Source: Octopus vulgaris
Lineage: Eukaryota
NCBI GenBank assembly: GCA_951406725.2
Contig: OX597818.1
Coordinates: forward strand, 78,616,001-78,680,000
Reading direction: 5' to 3'
DNA length: 64,000 nucleotides
The notes beneath the pieces were generated by a model. That model saw nothing but the letters and a program-made list of their open reading frames with translations, was not told the origin of the DNA and made no database searches. The position numbers and the translations under genes were made by a program. Positions 62,736-64,000 of this stretch are shown piece after piece (position 1 is the stretch's first letter; each line of letters opens with the position of its first letter).

Positions 62736-64000
62736 AGAGTTAGCAAAAAATGCAGCAATGACCCAGAAAAAGTATGTCCTCAAATACCTTTCGCCTATTT
62801 CTATGGCTTGATGCTTTTCCCAACATCAAACCCATTTCAGAGTTTATTGGGTGGTGTATTTTTTTGTGGCACTAACACTATGTAGGTTACCTTGCCTATA
62901 GCAAGACTAAAGAACTTCGTAACCTCTGTGTTGTTGCTGTTCATATCAATTATCAAACTCTTAAAGTGAACTGTGTATAAGTATATAATTGATTAGCTCT
63001 AATCAGCCAGTAGAAACAGAATTGCTAATTAAACTATGACCATTAACCAGAGTAGTTGACTAGTAGATTCATTAGAGTATCAAACTAAATGTTGTGTAGT
63101 ATATAATTATAAATTTTTTAATGTTCTGGGTTTATATCAAGGTAAGGTAAATTTTGCCTATAAAATATTCATCATCATCATCATCATCGTTTAACATCTA
63201 CCTTTTATGCTGGCATGGGTGTGACAGTTTGACAGAAGCCGGCACAAGACTTCTGTGACTGTTTTGGCAGGATTTTTACAGCTGGGTGCCCTTTCTAACA
63301 CTAACCATGCAACAAAGTAAACTAGGTGACATAATTCTCTCTTCCAAGCATGAACAGTTTTAATCACCTATTAATGGATAACTTTGATTCTTGAAATGTT
63401 ATATAGTTGATTCTATGTACACTAGGTCATAGGGTAAATGGATAATAGCAAAAACAAACTAACAGAATTAAGCATTTCCTGGCCTGTTGATTTCTGAGGG
63501 CCATTTATAGTTTGGTTAGCTCTCTATCTGTAACCAGGTTTTGATACCCTGCTTCTTAAATATTAGTAAAATATGTTGTTTGAGAAAGATAAGATCAGAT
63601 ATGTGAGAAAAGAAAAAAAACATTAATCTACCATAACTTTTATTTTCTGGTTAGCATGGAAGATAATTCCAGACATATTTACACCTCAGTGGTGGTGCAA
63701 TTTGCCAGAGAATCAGTACATAAATACAATTTGCTGGCATGGAGGAAGGGAATCATTTAATTCTTATTCCCCATCCACACAACCCTTTAACATTCAGATT
63801 ATTCTGTCAAATGTAATGCTTATTTCTTCACATTGTTTTGAATTAATCATGCATTACCTTGTATCTTTGAAATTACGATGATGTGATTGTATATTTTTAG
63901 ACTGACATTGTTGGGTAGGTGTGAGAGGCTGAATTTGGCCACTTTGAACATAAAACAAGTAGAATATTTGGGTCGGGTATAGCTGTTTTATATGCTAAAG

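Noticed and set aside
61969-62743. Domesticated POGK or CENP-B-like gene
   Set aside because: Frameshifted across three frames, truncated in the DDE domain, and preceded by a TIR.

Overview
AT-rich, repeat-dense animal genomic DNA. The repeat families look like those of octopus/coleoid cephalopods, which is inference and not verified. The whole window lies inside one plus-strand gene, NUP210 (gp210, nuclear pore membrane glycoprotein). I traced 29 internal coding exons from 7722 to 61038 (3,349 nt, about 1,116 codons). All are GT-AG, phase-compatible and stop-free, and they are collinear with the luminal Ig-like region of gp210. The first (signal-peptide) exon and the C-terminal/TM exons are not in the window. 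One intron (20584-23040) carries a U12 minor-spliceosome signature. The introns hold many mobile elements: mariner, Tc1 and pogo remnants, several MITE families, two related Helitrons (one with a PIF1 helicase fragment), a probable antisense solo LTR, RTE, CR1-group, R4/Dong and Hero LINE fragments, tRNA-derived SINEs, a Penelope-type decayed minimal hammerhead ribozyme, and several fold-back elements. I found no rRNA, true tRNA or CRISPR array, and most ORF-track entries are spurious. No clearly novel biological system is demonstrable; the best leads are listed as findings.
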